64,000 bases of DNA from Candidatus Omnitrophota bacterium. Lineage in GTDB: Bacteria; Omnitrophota; Gorgyraeia; Duberdicusellales; 4484-171. Shown here in pieces: positions 1-10,296 of the stretch (its first letter is position 1; each line of letters begins with the position of its first letter). The stretch spans positions 22,471 through 86,470 of the forward strand of contig JBAWWL010000004.1 of the NCBI GenBank assembly GCA_037146775.1. Direction: 5' to 3'. A program made the translations under genes and the position numbers. A model generated the notes under the pieces. That model had not been told where the DNA came from and did not search any database. It was given only the letters and a program-made list of their open reading frames with translations.

Positions 1-511
1 AGATCTGCTTCGGAGTATTGGGAATATGGTCTTCTCCCCGAATAACATGTGTCAGTTGCATAAGCGCATCGTCTATAACACAACTAAAATTGTAAGTGGG
101 TGTACCGTCTTTTTTGATAATTACTTCTTCATTTTTTGGCAGTTCGGTAAAAACTATTTTGCCGCGGATAAGATCGTCTATTTCTATGCTGGTGAATTCA
201 TATTTAAAAAATATTGCACCATCTTTTTGGTAGGCATTGCCGCTTGCGATCAACTTTTGCGCATAATCACGGTACAAATCAAATCGCTTTGACTGGTAAT
301 AAATCTCATCCCAATCCATTTCCAGCCATTTTATGCTTTCTAAAATTTCTTCTAAATACTCCTGTTTAGAACGCTGTAAATCCGTATCTTCAATGCGCAG
401 GATAAAGGTTCCTCCGGTATGACGCGCATACAACCAGTTAAAAAGACATGTGCGTGCGCCGCCGATATGTAAATATCCTGTCGGTGAAGGCGCAAATCTT
501 ACTTTTACCAT
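1..511 (-). CDS. gltX: Glutamyl-tRNA synthetase, N-terminal fragment (start codon in window, 3' end beyond window start)
   Basis: Reverse-complement translation from the ATG at 511..509 gives MVKVRFAPSPTGYLHIGGARTCLFNWLYARHTGGTFILRIEDTDLQRS..., the class I HIGH-motif N-terminus of GltX. An AAAGGAG Shine-Dalgarno lies about 8 nt upstream on the minus strand. Absent from the ORF track because it is truncated at the window edge. Confidence 0.9.
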   Translation of the reverse strand, partial: MVKVRFAPSPTGYLHIGGARTCLFNWLYARHTGGTFILRIEDTDLQRSKQEYLEEILESIKWLEMDWDEIYYQSKRFDLYRDYAQKLIASGNAYQKDGAIFFKYEFTSIEIDDLIRGKIVFTELPKNEEVIIKKDGTPTYNFSCVIDDALMQLTHVIRGEDHIPNTPKQI

Positions 512-553
512 AGGAAGCTCCTTTTGGTAGACGTTGTTTTTCTTACCAACAAA

Positions 554-1099
554 CTAACCCTTTGCCGCGTTAACGTATTCCATTCCTTTATTAAAAGCTT
601 TTATGTTCTGCGTTAACAACTCGCCAGAGATAAATGCTTCATTGAGAAATTCTAGAATTGTTTCTTTTTTTAGAAGTTCTGGTTTGAGCGCAATCAGTAT
701 CCCCAGGGCAACCGTGTTAGCCACTTTGGCATTGCCACATTCTAACGCCATAGCGTTAAGGGGCGCACACACCATCTGTATATCTTTACGCGCTGGTGCG
801 CGGGTAATTAAATCTGAATTTGCTATTACTAAACATCGTTTTTTTAATCCCTTTTCAAATTTATCCAGCGCTGGCTGGTTTAAGATAATAGCGATGTCGG
901 GATTTTCTATTAATGGCGATGCGATGAACGCCTCGGATATTTTTACAAAACAATACGCAGTGCCGCCCCTTACTTCCGCGCCGTATGAAGGAAAATAAAT
1001 AGGATATTTGCCTTCTTTGAGGGCAACGCTTGCCAACGCCTTACCTAAACTCATTATCCCTTGGCCGCCGAAACCGGAAAGAAGTATTTCCGTAATCAT
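554..1099 (-). CDS. korC: 2-oxoacid:ferredoxin oxidoreductase gamma subunit
   Basis: 181 aa with LSGFGGQGI...YGAEVRGG, typical of POR/KOR gamma subunits. Terminal gene of a four-gene operon with overlapping stop/start codons. Confidence 0.8.
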   Translation of the reverse strand: MITEILLSGFGGQGIMSLGKALASVALKEGKYPIYFPSYGAEVRGGTAYCFVKISEAFIASPLIENPDIAIILNQPALDKFEKGLKKRCLVIANSDLITRAPARKDIQMVCAPLNAMALECGNAKVANTVALGILIALKPELLKKETILEFLNEAFISGELLTQNIKAFNKGMEYVNAAKG

Positions 1100-1833
1100 C
1101 TTTCTTTTATGACCCCCAGAGGGAATGCTTTCACCATTTCTTCTTCAATCCACTTCATGGCCTGCAAAGGCTCTTTCTGCCATACCGTAGGACAGGGACT
1201 TAAAATTTCTACGAGAGAAAACCCTTTTTTCTCGAGCTGATTACTAAAAGCTTGTTTTATGCACCGTGCAGTGTTAATAATTTCTTTCGGGTTGGCAAGA
1301 GATGTGCGGGCAACAAAACTAACGCCTTCAAGACCAGCAAGAATTTCGCTCACTCTTATCGGCCAGCCTTCGCCGAAAAGAGGATTCCTGCCCCGTGGTG
1401 TGGTGGCGGTTTTCTGGCCAATAAGCGTTGTCGGAGCCATTTGCCCGCCGGTCATCCCATAACAGGCATTATTTACGAAAACACAGGTAAGCTGTTCGCC
1501 GCGATTAGCAGCATGGAAAGTCTCGGCAAAGCCAATAGAAGCCAGATCTCCGTCTCCCTGATAAGTAAAAACAATTTTATCTGGCCGGCAACGCTTTATA
1601 CCGGTAGCAACGGCAAGGGCCCTACCGTGGGCGGCCTCGCAGACATCAAAATCCCAATAATCATAAGCCACTACCGCACAACCAACCGGCGCAATACCGA
1701 TAACTTGCTCACGTATACCCAACTCGTCGATCGTTTCGGCGACTAAACGATGTAATATGCCATGGCCACAGCCAGGACAATAGTGCGTGCTGGTTTCTTT
1801 AAGAGACTGTGGGCGAGAGAACTTCTTACTCAT
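1096..1833 (-). CDS. korB: 2-oxoacid:ferredoxin oxidoreductase beta subunit (TPP-binding)
   Basis: The ORF-track ORF 1096..2028 was trimmed to the internal Met of MSKKFSRPQSL...HYCPGCGHG...GDGD...NNACYGMTGGQ, which carries the TPP-binding and CPGCGH Fe-S motifs. The ATG at 1833 overlaps the korA stop (ATGA coupling). Confidence 0.85.
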   Translation of the reverse strand: MSKKFSRPQSLKETSTHYCPGCGHGILHRLVAETIDELGIREQVIGIAPVGCAVVAYDYWDFDVCEAAHGRALAVATGIKRCRPDKIVFTYQGDGDLASIGFAETFHAANRGEQLTCVFVNNACYGMTGGQMAPTTLIGQKTATTPRGRNPLFGEGWPIRVSEILAGLEGVSFVARTSLANPKEIINTARCIKQAFSNQLEKKGFSLVEILSPCPTVWQKEPLQAMKWIEEEMVKAFPLGVIKER

Positions 1834-2891
1834 ACCAGTTTCTCCAGTGCCTGAACAATTTCCTGCGGCCGTGGTATACCACCGCCGGCTTTTCCTAGAA
1901 AATGGATGTCTTTCTCGGGTAAGCTCAGGCGGACATCCTCTATCATTTGCCCCAATGATTGTTCGACGACTAAAACTCTTTTTATTTTTTTTGCCACTTG
2001 GCGCAAACCCTTTTCGGGATACGGCCATAAGCTTATCGGCCGGAAGAGGCCGGCGCGTATACGCTTCTCTCTCAAAATATCAACCGCTTCACGGGCAATT
2101 CGCGCCTGCGAACCATATGCAACCACCAGACACGTTGCGTCCGAAACCTTGTAGGTATGGTATCTTTGCTCGTTCTTACGCAGCATATCCCATTTTTTCT
2201 TTAATAATTCGTTATGCATCTCCAAACGGCCTTCTTGCAGAAAAAAAGATTTTACTATATTGGCGGCTCTATTTTTTGCTCCCGCTAAAGCCCACGGCTT
2301 AGACGGCATTGTTTTTTTAAAACCGCTTTTTATGACAGGGGTGGCTGGTTCCATCATCTGGCCAATAATCGCATCCGCCAATACGACGACCGGGGTACGG
2401 TAATAATCCGCCACATCGAAAGAAAGACAGACCAGTTGCCCCGCCTCCTCAACGCTTGCGGGAGCGAATGCCGGAGTAAAATAATCTCCATGCCCGCCGC
2501 CTCGAGTAGTCTGAAAATAATCGCTCTGACCAGAAGCAATATTGCCTAAGCCAGGGCCGCCGCGCATTACATTAATAATTACCGCGGGAAGCTCGGCGCC
2601 GGCTAAATATGAAATACCTTCCTGCTTTAAGGAAATGCCTGGACTGGACGAACTGGTCATGGCTCGGTAACCAGCGGCTGAGGCACCAAAAACCATATTA
2701 ATTGCCGCAAGTTCGCTTTCAGCCTGTATAAAAATTTTATTTTCTTGATACATTCGTTTTGCCATGTACGCGATGAGCTCATTCTGAGGTGTAATAGGAT
2801 AACCGGCATAAAAATGACAGTGCGCCGCTATGGCAGCTTCCGCCATTGCTTCGTTTCCGGAAATTAATACTTTATTATTCGTCTTTTTCAT
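1830..2891 (-). CDS. korA: 2-oxoacid:ferredoxin oxidoreductase alpha subunit
   Basis: Trimmed to MKKTNNKVLISGNEAMAEAAIAAHCHFYAGYPITP..., the typical KorA/PorA N-terminus. The longer 380-aa ORF would overlap korD. An 11-nt gap to korD remains. Confidence 0.85.
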   Translation of the reverse strand: MKKTNNKVLISGNEAMAEAAIAAHCHFYAGYPITPQNELIAYMAKRMYQENKIFIQAESELAAINMVFGASAAGYRAMTSSSSPGISLKQEGISYLAGAELPAVIINVMRGGPGLGNIASGQSDYFQTTRGGGHGDYFTPAFAPASVEEAGQLVCLSFDVADYYRTPVVVLADAIIGQMMEPATPVIKSGFKKTMPSKPWALAGAKNRAANIVKSFFLQEGRLEMHNELLKKKWDMLRKNEQRYHTYKVSDATCLVVAYGSQARIAREAVDILREKRIRAGLFRPISLWPYPEKGLRQVAKKIKRVLVVEQSLGQMIEDVRLSLPEKDIHFLGKAGGGIPRPQEIVQALEKLV

Positions 2892-2902
2892 ATATCTGCG
2901 CT

Positions 2903-3112
2903 CTATGTTTCTGTATAGATCTCTAAACAAGCGTCCGGGCAGACCAGAAAACAAAACCCGCAAGCAACACATTTCGTTTCTTCTTTAGCCTTAGCGTAAC
3001 GCACGCCGCGTTTATTTAGTTCGCGAGAAAGCACCAAGTGCTTTGTCGGACAAAAAGCGATGCAAAGTTGACAGCCTTTACAGGCGTCTTTGGTTATCGA
3101 AACTTTTCCCAT
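2903..3112 (-). CDS. korD: 2-oxoacid:ferredoxin oxidoreductase delta subunit (2x[4Fe-4S] ferredoxin)
   Basis: 69 aa with two CxxCxxCxxxCP motifs (CKGCQLCIAFCP and CVACGFCFLVCP). It sits immediately upstream of korA. Confidence 0.8.
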   Translation of the reverse strand: MGKVSITKDACKGCQLCIAFCPTKHLVLSRELNKRGVRYAKAKEETKCVACGFCFLVCPDACLEIYTET

Positions 3113-4971
3113 AACACTTCCTGTCTCAGCGCCTTTTCAATTCTCATTTTCAGGCTAAGCGAATCTAGGCCGTACATCTTCATCAGATCTTCGCGCTTAG
3201 CCGAGGGAATAAATTCGTCGGGAAAGCCCGCCCTAATAAGCTTCGAGCGATCCAACAAGCCTTCTTTTTCGTAAAATTCCATTACCGCGCTCCCGAATCC
3301 TGCGGCCAAACTTCCTTCTTCCATAGTCACCAGCAGTGTGTGGCTCTCGGCGAGAGTACGCAATAGCGCTTCATCTAACGGCTTAATAAATCGCGCATTC
3401 ACCACAGTAGCGTCAATATTTTCTTCTTTCAGCAAGGTTGCCGCTTCTAGAGCGGTTTTCACCATGGAACCAAGCGCGATAATACAGACGTCTTTTCCTT
3501 CCAAAAGCAACTGGGATTTACCAAGTACAACTTTTTTTCTCATCCCCAGCGAATAGGCTTCTCCTTTAGGGTAACGAATACTTACGGGCGAGTCGAGATG
3601 GCAGGCCAATTCAAGCATATCCTCGAGTTCCTCTTTATCCTTGGGGGCCATGCACACCATATTCGGAATCAAACGCAAGTAGCCTATATCAAACACCCCG
3701 TGATGGGTAGGCCCGTCTTCACCAACCACTCCCGCGCGATCAATAGCAAAAATAACCCCTGCGTTCTGTAGGGCAACATCATGGACTATCTGATCAAACG
3801 AGCGCTGTAAAAATGTCGAATAGATTGCTACTACCGGCTTCATGCCGCCCTTAGCAAGGCCGCTGGCAAATCCTACCGCATGCTCTTCCGCAATACCGAC
3901 ATCGAAAAACCGGCGCGGAAAACGTTCCTTAAAAAGATGCAGCCCCGTACCTGTAGGCATGGCCGCGGTAATAGCAACGATTCGTTCGTTAACTTCGGCT
4001 AAAGAGATTAGTTTTTTGGCCAATATTTCATTAAAAGGATCTTTGCTTTCCTTTAAAGGCGCTCCCGTATTAATAGAAAAAGGAACCGCGCTATGAAAAT
4101 TTTCAGGGTTGGTTTCGGCAGGAACATACCCTTTTCCTTTTTTGGTTATCACATGCAAAATCCGTGGGCCCTTTAAGGGAAGAACATTGGCAAGCATGGG
4201 AATAAAGACGTTAAAATCGTGCCCGTCAATCGGACCGAAATACCTAAAACCAAGTTCTTCGAAAAATATGCCGGGAACAAGCAGCCCCTTGAGCGCTTCT
4301 TCAAACTTCCTTACTCGAGAAGCAAAATGCTGCACTACGGAAAATTGTTTTAAAAAACTTTCCAGTTCACCCTTGATACGGTTGTAAACCGGCGTGGAGA
4401 TGAGTTTCACGAAATAATTGCTTAAGGCTCCCACCGAAGGAGCGATACTCATTTCGTTATGATTAAAAATAATCAATACATTGCTCTGTGTATGCCCACA
4501 GCTGTTTAAGGCTTCGAAACACATACCACCGGTTAAAGAACCGTCACCGATGACTGCGATGGTTTTAGAATCGTGCGCGCGCAATTTCTTGGCATCAGCC
4601 ATTCCTTGTGCCCAAGAGATAGCTGTTGAGGCGTGCCCTGAAGTATAGACGTCATACGCTGACTCTGCAATATTGGGAAAACCGCTCACTCCTTTATACT
4701 CGCGTAACGTCTTAAATGCATCTTTGCGACCGGTAATAATCTTGTGAGCATATGCCTGGTGCCCAACATCAAAGATGACGGTATCGGAAGGGGTGTGAAG
4801 ACAATAGTGCAGTGCGACACACAACTCTACTGCCCCCAATGAAGAGGCTAGATGGCCACCGCGCAGAGAAACAACCGAAAGGATAAGTTGGCGTATCTCG
4901 TTACTTAGGATTTTGAGTTCTTCGACGGATAAACTTTTGAGATCTTGAGGAGAATTTACTTTCTCTAACAT
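3094..4971 (-). CDS. dxs: 1-deoxy-D-xylulose-5-phosphate synthase
   Basis: 625 aa. N-terminal LDxIxxPxDLK, a TPP-binding GDGxxxxG motif (IGDGSLTGGM) and transketolase-like pyrimidine-binding and C-terminal domains. Confidence 0.95.
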   Translation of the reverse strand: MLEKVNSPQDLKSLSVEELKILSNEIRQLILSVVSLRGGHLASSLGAVELCVALHYCLHTPSDTVIFDVGHQAYAHKIITGRKDAFKTLREYKGVSGFPNIAESAYDVYTSGHASTAISWAQGMADAKKLRAHDSKTIAVIGDGSLTGGMCFEALNSCGHTQSNVLIIFNHNEMSIAPSVGALSNYFVKLISTPVYNRIKGELESFLKQFSVVQHFASRVRKFEEALKGLLVPGIFFEELGFRYFGPIDGHDFNVFIPMLANVLPLKGPRILHVITKKGKGYVPAETNPENFHSAVPFSINTGAPLKESKDPFNEILAKKLISLAEVNERIVAITAAMPTGTGLHLFKERFPRRFFDVGIAEEHAVGFASGLAKGGMKPVVAIYSTFLQRSFDQIVHDVALQNAGVIFAIDRAGVVGEDGPTHHGVFDIGYLRLIPNMVCMAPKDKEELEDMLELACHLDSPVSIRYPKGEAYSLGMRKKVVLGKSQLLLEGKDVCIIALGSMVKTALEAATLLKEENIDATVVNARFIKPLDEALLRTLAESHTLLVTMEEGSLAAGFGSAVMEFYEKEGLLDRSKLIRAGFPDEFIPSAKREDLMKMYGLDSLSLKMRIEKALRQEVLWEKFR

Positions 4972-5330
4972 TATTTTTCTTCGACCACGATACTGTTAAT
5001 AAACCCTTCAATAAAAATGCGGTCGGGTTCGTTGATCTCATAAAATTCTATGCCGGTATCGCTGTAAGTGACGCCTTTACGGTAGGGGCTTTCTTTGCCG
5101 ACTACCCAGACGATACGGCCCTTACAATGGATGACGGCGTCTTTCAGGTGTACTTCCAGACCTACGATAGTTGCAAGTTCTAGTTGTTCCTCAATGATTA
5201 CCCGCACGCCGCCGGCCGATATGTTTTCCGTATGAGTTGAGATGACATGCTGGCGAGAAGGAAGAATAAATATTTTACAGGGGAACCTTGCCCTGACAAA
5301 TCTTCTTTTTTCTGTTCCGCCAAAATCCAT
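4971..5330 (-). CDS. PilZ domain protein (c-di-GMP receptor)
   Basis: 119 aa with RRFVRARF (RxxxR) followed by NISAGGVRV (D/NxSxGG), the canonical PilZ c-di-GMP binding motifs. Its stop overlaps the dxs start. Confidence 0.7.
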   Translation of the reverse strand: MDFGGTEKRRFVRARFPCKIFILPSRQHVISTHTENISAGGVRVIIEEQLELATIVGLEVHLKDAVIHCKGRIVWVVGKESPYRKGVTYSDTGIEFYEINEPDRIFIEGFINSIVVEEK

Positions 5331-5362
5331 ATCTCTCCTTGCTTGTTACCGAAAGATAAAAA

Positions 5363-6160
5363 TCAGACGCCTGTTTTCTGTTGGCATTCAACCCTTTTTA
5401 TAGAAAATGCCCGGCCAGTCGCCTCATCCACTTCGATAATAACACCCTGCATACGCACGTCGCCCTCGGCCAAATTGAAACGTACCGGCATATTCGTTAC
5501 AAACCGTTCGATAATTTGATGTTTCTCTCTGCCCAAGACCGAATCAAAACTACCGGTCATGCCTACGTCGGTAATGTAAGCGGAGAAGTTGTCGATAATA
5601 CGCTCATCAGCCGTGGGTATGTGTGTATGCGTACCAACAACTGCACTTACTTTTCCGGCAAGAAAATAGCCGAGTGCTAATTTTTCGCTGGTCGCCTCAG
5701 CATGAATATCTACCAGGATTATCTTTGCTTTACTCCTAATGTCATCAAGAATTGCCTTGGCGGCCCTAAAAGGGCATTCCGCCGGTTGCATAAAAACTCT
5801 GCCCAAAAGATTAATAATACCTATTTTTTTACCGTTTACCTCTTTTACCATATAGCCTCTACCGAAAGCTAGATCACCGTAATTAAGCGGCCTGATCACA
5901 TCCATCGTTTCCAGAACTTCGCGGGCCTCCTGTTTCTTAAAAATATGGTCGCCGGTAGTAAGCATATCTATGCCGGCGGCAAAAAGGTCTTTTGCGGTAG
6001 CGATGGTAAGGCTCGAGCCTCCAGCAGCATTTTCTCCATTGGCTATAATAACATCCAGGCCAATGCTTTCACGCAATGATGGCAGCAACTCTTTGAGGTA
6101 TAACCGTGCGGGCTTGCCTACAATATCACCGATAAATAATAACTTTACCGTGTTAGACAT
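5363..6160 (-). CDS. ymdB: YmdB-family metallophosphoesterase (2',3'-cyclic-nucleotide phosphodiesterase, TIGR00282)
   Basis: 265 aa with LFIGDIVGKPAR...NGENAAGG...GDH...GTHTH, a calcineurin-like phosphoesterase signature. Conserved position downstream of rny. Confidence 0.85.
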   Translation of the reverse strand: MSNTVKLLFIGDIVGKPARLYLKELLPSLRESIGLDVIIANGENAAGGSSLTIATAKDLFAAGIDMLTTGDHIFKKQEAREVLETMDVIRPLNYGDLAFGRGYMVKEVNGKKIGIINLLGRVFMQPAECPFRAAKAILDDIRSKAKIILVDIHAEATSEKLALGYFLAGKVSAVVGTHTHIPTADERIIDNFSAYITDVGMTGSFDSVLGREKHQIIERFVTNMPVRFNLAEGDVRMQGVIIEVDEATGRAFSIKRVECQQKTGV

Positions 6161-6383
6161 ACCTATGCATTGTATACCTCGTCATGGATTTCCTCAATAA
6201 CTTTATACAACATCGGTTATCTGGCCGGATAAGGCATGAAGATCTCCCGAAAACCTTCCGGAGTTACCCGGATGTTACCCTGAATTTTTCCAGACCCCAG
6301 GCCATACGCAACAAAATTAAAGCTTTTTGGCGGAACCAAGAACGAATAAACAACATTGCACAATAACCTGCCCCGGATGCCGG

Positions 6384-7964
6384 CTACTTAGCGTAGTCTA
6401 CCGCTCGGGTTTCTCTAATAGCGGTAATTTTTATGTTCCCGGGATAATCCATTTCTTGTTCGATTTTTTTCTTTATTTCGTGAGCAAGCAACGCAACCTC
6501 TTCATCTTTCACTTTACTCGGCTGCACAATAACACGTATTTCTCTTCCTGCTTGAATCGCGTAACTTTTATCGACTCCGGCGAAAGAGTTTGCCAATGTT
6601 TCCAGCTGACGCAGACGTTTAATATAACTCTCCAGAGTTTCCCGGCGCGCGCCAGGACGCGAGGCCGAAATAGCATCGGAAATTAAAGCAAGCAGAGAGT
6701 AGATGGAAGTAAATTCTTTTTCTTCATGGTGAGCTTCTGCGGCATTAATAACTGTTTCATTCTCGCCGTATTTTTTTAAAAGCTCGGCACCTATCTGCGC
6801 ATGCGTTCCTTCTACCTGATGGTCCACCGCTTTCCCAATATCGTGCAGCAACCCGGCGCGTTTGGCAAGGCGCGGATCAAGCTCCATCTCTGCTGCCAAA
6901 ATTCCCATGATAAACGCTACTTCTTTAGAATGTTGTAATGCATTCTGGCCAAAGCTGGTACGGTATTTTAGCTTACCTAAAAGCTTTATCAGCTCGGGGT
7001 GAAGATTATGAATCCCAACATCAAAAGCAGCAGCTTTTCCCTCTTCCATTAATTGTTTGTCAAAATCCTGTTTTGTTTTCTCGACGATTTCCTCGATACG
7101 GGCGGGGTGAATTCTGCCGTCCTGAACCAGGCGCTCAAGAGAAATACGAGCTACCTCCCTTCTCACGGGATCGAAACTGGAAAGGTTAACTGCCTCCGGA
7201 GTGTCGTCGATCACCAAATCTACCCCGGTTGCCATTTCAAAAGCGCGGATGTTACGGCCTTCACGGCCGATAATTCTACCCTTTATTTCGTCGTTAGGAA
7301 GCTGTACAACGCTTACCGTACTTTCTGTTGTCTGCTCAACGGCGCAGCGCTGAATCGCCAACGAAACCATTTCGTGAGCTTTCTTGTCCGCTTCCTCCTT
7401 AATTTCATCCTCCATCATCTTAATCATCTTTGCTTTTTCCATACGCAGCTCTTCTTCGTAACGCTTAAGCAACAATTCGCGCGCTTCTTGGGGCGTAAGA
7501 GAAGATATTCTTTTTAACTTTTCTTTTTCTTCCTCAATGAGCTGTTTCAGGGAATTATTTTTATCTTCTAAGTCTTGAGAGAGCCGTTTTAGGTCGGTTT
7601 CGCGGCGACCGATCTCCTGCTCTTTGCTTTCGATAAAATCCAGCCTTTTTTCAAGATTTTCTTCGCGCTGGATAAGCCGCTTTTCCATCTGGAAAAGTTC
7701 TTCTTTTTTGCCAGCATTTTGCTTTTCGAAATCTACGCGCAGTTTATACAACAGCTCTTTACCGTCCAAGTCTGCTTTACGTACGATTTCTTCGCCTTTT
7801 AGCTTGGCTTCTTTAATGATCTTTTCCGCATCTTCCTTTGCCTTTTTCAGTTTATTTTTTTCAAAAATTTCACCTAGCCACCAACCAGCGACTAAGCCGG
7901 CTCCGACACCGCCGATTACACAAAGAATAGCCTGTAACATAATGACCTCCTTCAAAGACGACAC
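6384..7964 (-). CDS. rny: Ribonuclease Y
   Basis: 526 aa with an N-terminal TM helix, a long coiled-coil, a KH domain and an HD domain ([21 protein letters not shown]). GGAGGT Shine-Dalgarno upstream. Confidence 0.95.
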   Translation of the reverse strand: MSSLKEVIMLQAILCVIGGVGAGLVAGWWLGEIFEKNKLKKAKEDAEKIIKEAKLKGEEIVRKADLDGKELLYKLRVDFEKQNAGKKEELFQMEKRLIQREENLEKRLDFIESKEQEIGRRETDLKRLSQDLEDKNNSLKQLIEEEKEKLKRISSLTPQEARELLLKRYEEELRMEKAKMIKMMEDEIKEEADKKAHEMVSLAIQRCAVEQTTESTVSVVQLPNDEIKGRIIGREGRNIRAFEMATGVDLVIDDTPEAVNLSSFDPVRREVARISLERLVQDGRIHPARIEEIVEKTKQDFDKQLMEEGKAAAFDVGIHNLHPELIKLLGKLKYRTSFGQNALQHSKEVAFIMGILAAEMELDPRLAKRAGLLHDIGKAVDHQVEGTHAQIGAELLKKYGENETVINAAEAHHEEKEFTSIYSLLALISDAISASRPGARRETLESYIKRLRQLETLANSFAGVDKSYAIQAGREIRVIVQPSKVKDEEVALLAHEIKKKIEQEMDYPGNIKITAIRETRAVDYAK

Positions 7965-8002
7965 GTCTTAAGTAGTAACACAATTACGCTCAAAAACCGA
8001 GG

Positions 8003-8584
8003 TTAGATAGTGAAATGTTCGCTGACAATGAGATCGACTTTTTCGTCGAAAGGAGGATGAATAGGAAGGTCGTCGCAGATTTGGAAATCAAACGCAATCC
8101 CAACCTTGCTGGTTGGGGGATGTATGTTTTTCAGGAAACGGTCGTAGAAACCAGCGCCTCTGCCCAGCCGGTTTTTCTCTCGATCAAACGCGAGAGCCGG
8201 CACGATAATCATGTCTATCTCACTTGTGGTAACTTTTCTTGTCCGTGAGGACAAAGGCTGTCTTACGCCAAATGGCCCAACTGCAAAATCATCTTCTAAA
8301 TTACTGACCTGAAAAGCCTGTAATTCTTTTTTGGCTACATCCATAACCGGAAAACAGAACCGTTTTGATTTCAAATCTTTCCTAATCATCCTCAGAATAT
8401 CTACTTCTCCCTTTAGAGGAAAATACGCCATAATAACTTTTGCTTTTTTATATAAAGGTAAGTTCGATAGTCTTTCCGTAACATTGTCGCTCCTCCTTTT
8501 TAATTCCTCTGCAGTTAGCGATAAAAGTTTCGCCAATAATTTTGCCCTTAATTCTTTCTTTTCGCCACTTATAGCCATTAGCAT
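8003..8584 (-). CDS. 5-formyltetrahydrofolate cyclo-ligase
   Basis: 193 aa with KxxLRxxL... and the GxGxGYYDR motif region (RLGRGAGFYDRFL) typical of MTHFS. Confidence 0.8.
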   Translation of the reverse strand: MLMAISGEKKELRAKLLAKLLSLTAEELKRRSDNVTERLSNLPLYKKAKVIMAYFPLKGEVDILRMIRKDLKSKRFCFPVMDVAKKELQAFQVSNLEDDFAVGPFGVRQPLSSRTRKVTTSEIDMIIVPALAFDREKNRLGRGAGFYDRFLKNIHPPTSKVGIAFDFQICDDLPIHPPFDEKVDLIVSEHFTI

Positions 8585-8758
8585 GTTTTATAGTATACCA
8601 TTTTTCTCGAAATAAGTAAACTCTGGGTAGAAATTATCTTTTATCGCTTTTTACCTAAAAATAGATGGTATACCGATTTTTTACAAAATATGCTTACTGT
8701 ATGTGGTTTTTTTCTTATGAGCGCCTTGCAATATATACCTATCTAAAGACTGGTTTGG

Positions 8759-10255
8759 CTAAAAACCATACCAATAATTCACCAAAGGCTTACCGTCAGT
8801 AGTGTTGTCCGCTAAAACATTCTTGAGGCGGGTGTATTCAAAAAAACCTTCCCTGCCTAACTCTTTGCCGAAACCGCTTTGTTTAAATCCGCCATACGGT
8901 AATTCATTAAAAAACATGCCGTAAGTGTTAACCCACACGGTGCCGGCATTAATTTTCTTTGCTGTCGATTGAGCGATAGAATCGTTGCTTGTCCAGATGG
9001 CTGCAGCCAGCCCGAATTCAGAATCGTTGGCTAATTGAATGGCTTGTTCTGCGGTAGTAAATTTCCCGATACACACAACCGGGCCGAAAACCTCTTCCCG
9101 GAAAATATCCATTTCTGGAGTCGTTGCAGCTAAAACCGTAGGTTCAAAGAAAAAGCCTTTTTTGAGTTTTTCGTCAGCAGGAACCTTTCCACCGCATAAA
9201 ACTTTTGCCCCTTGTTTTTTTGCCTGTTCAATCAAACTTATTACTTTATCGCGCTGCTGCTTCGAAATTAACGGGCCCATTTGTGTTTCAAAATCAAGAC
9301 TGTTGCCTAATTGGATACGCTGCGTTTTCTTAACAAAATCATTTATGAATCGTTCGTAAATACTGCTTTGCACAAAAATACGCGACATTGCCGTACACAT
9401 TTGCCCTTGATTTAAGAAAACGGAACAAAGCGAGCCGTTAACTGCCGCTTCCATATCCGCATCATCCATAACGATACTGGCGGATTTTCCTCCTAACTCC
9501 ATAATTGTTTTTTTGACATTATCGGAAGTATATTCTAATATTTTTCTCCCCACACTGTTACTTCCGGTAAAAGAAATCATATCCACACGGTTATCGCGGC
9601 ATAGATGTGCGCCAACAACCTCTCCGGGGCCCGTAATGACATTCACTACTCCGGCAGGCAAACCTGCCCCAAGACAAATTTTTCCGAGTTCCAGGGCGGT
9701 GAGGGGTGTCAGCGTTGATGGTTTTAAAATGACGGTATTTCCGGCAGCAAGCGCCTGAGCCATTTTCCAAGAAGCAATTAAAAGCGGGTAATTCCAAGGG
9801 ACAATTAAAACAACCACCCCACGCGGTTCGCGGATAAGCGTACTTTTAGCGTTTGCTATTTGTGAATTAATTAATATCTCTTCTTCTTCTAAAAAACGCT
9901 CTAAATTATTAGCAAAATACTCAAAAGTGGCGGCGGACGAAGGGATGTCCATAAAAGTTGTTTCTTTAATGGGTTTCCCGGTGTTTAAACTTTCTAGATT
10001 TGCCAATTCGCCGGCTTTTTCTAAAATACCCTGCGATATTTTAAGTAGGTAATTTTTGCGTTCGCTAAAACTTATACTATTCCACGCTCCTCTATCGTAG
10101 GCTTTGCGTGCAGAGCTTATTGCCAGCTCCACTTCTTTTTTATCCGCCACAGAAACCGTAGCAATAGCTTCGCCTGCACAAGGATTAATAATGTCCTGTC
10201 TCTCTTTTGAGTCTTTAAGTTCACCGTTAATGAATAATGAATAATGTGAAATCAT
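8759..10255 (-). CDS. NAD(P)-dependent aldehyde dehydrogenase
   Basis: 498 aa. ELGGKSA (catalytic Glu region) and FLNQGQMCTA (catalytic Cys) are ALDH-family signatures. Confidence 0.9.
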   Translation of the reverse strand: MISHYSLFINGELKDSKERQDIINPCAGEAIATVSVADKKEVELAISSARKAYDRGAWNSISFSERKNYLLKISQGILEKAGELANLESLNTGKPIKETTFMDIPSSAATFEYFANNLERFLEEEEILINSQIANAKSTLIREPRGVVVLIVPWNYPLLIASWKMAQALAAGNTVILKPSTLTPLTALELGKICLGAGLPAGVVNVITGPGEVVGAHLCRDNRVDMISFTGSNSVGRKILEYTSDNVKKTIMELGGKSASIVMDDADMEAAVNGSLCSVFLNQGQMCTAMSRIFVQSSIYERFINDFVKKTQRIQLGNSLDFETQMGPLISKQQRDKVISLIEQAKKQGAKVLCGGKVPADEKLKKGFFFEPTVLAATTPEMDIFREEVFGPVVCIGKFTTAEQAIQLANDSEFGLAAAIWTSNDSIAQSTAKKINAGTVWVNTYGMFFNELPYGGFKQSGFGKELGREGFFEYTRLKNVLADNTTDGKPLVNYWYGF

Positions 10256-10296
10256 TTTACTGCTCTCTTTAAAATGGTAAGAGTGGTTTTCCCGAT

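Noticed and set aside
603-998. Plus-strand ORFs of 60-175 aa throughout the track (e.g. 603..998, 1252..1746, 7053..7517, 32540..33031, 38766..39293, 58307..58825) lying antisense to long minus-strand genes
   Set aside because: They overlap well-supported minus-strand genes with clear domain signatures. They have low-complexity or Ser/Leu/Arg-rich translations typical of antisense shadow ORFs, and lack Shine-Dalgarno sequences. Treated as non-coding.
1830-2972. Long N-terminal extensions of ORF-track ORFs (korA 380 aa, korB 310 aa, mtnA 348 aa, esterase 371 aa)
   Set aside because: The extensions overlap the upstream gene and precede the conserved family N-termini. Internal Met starts restore typical lengths and give operon-like 1-13 nt junctions.
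8585-8758. Direct repeat tagtataccattttt / tggtataccgatttt in the AT-rich promoter region upstream of the MTHFS gene
   Set aside because: Only two imperfect copies with no palindromic symmetry. Plausibly chance in AT-rich DNA; noted but not called as an operator.
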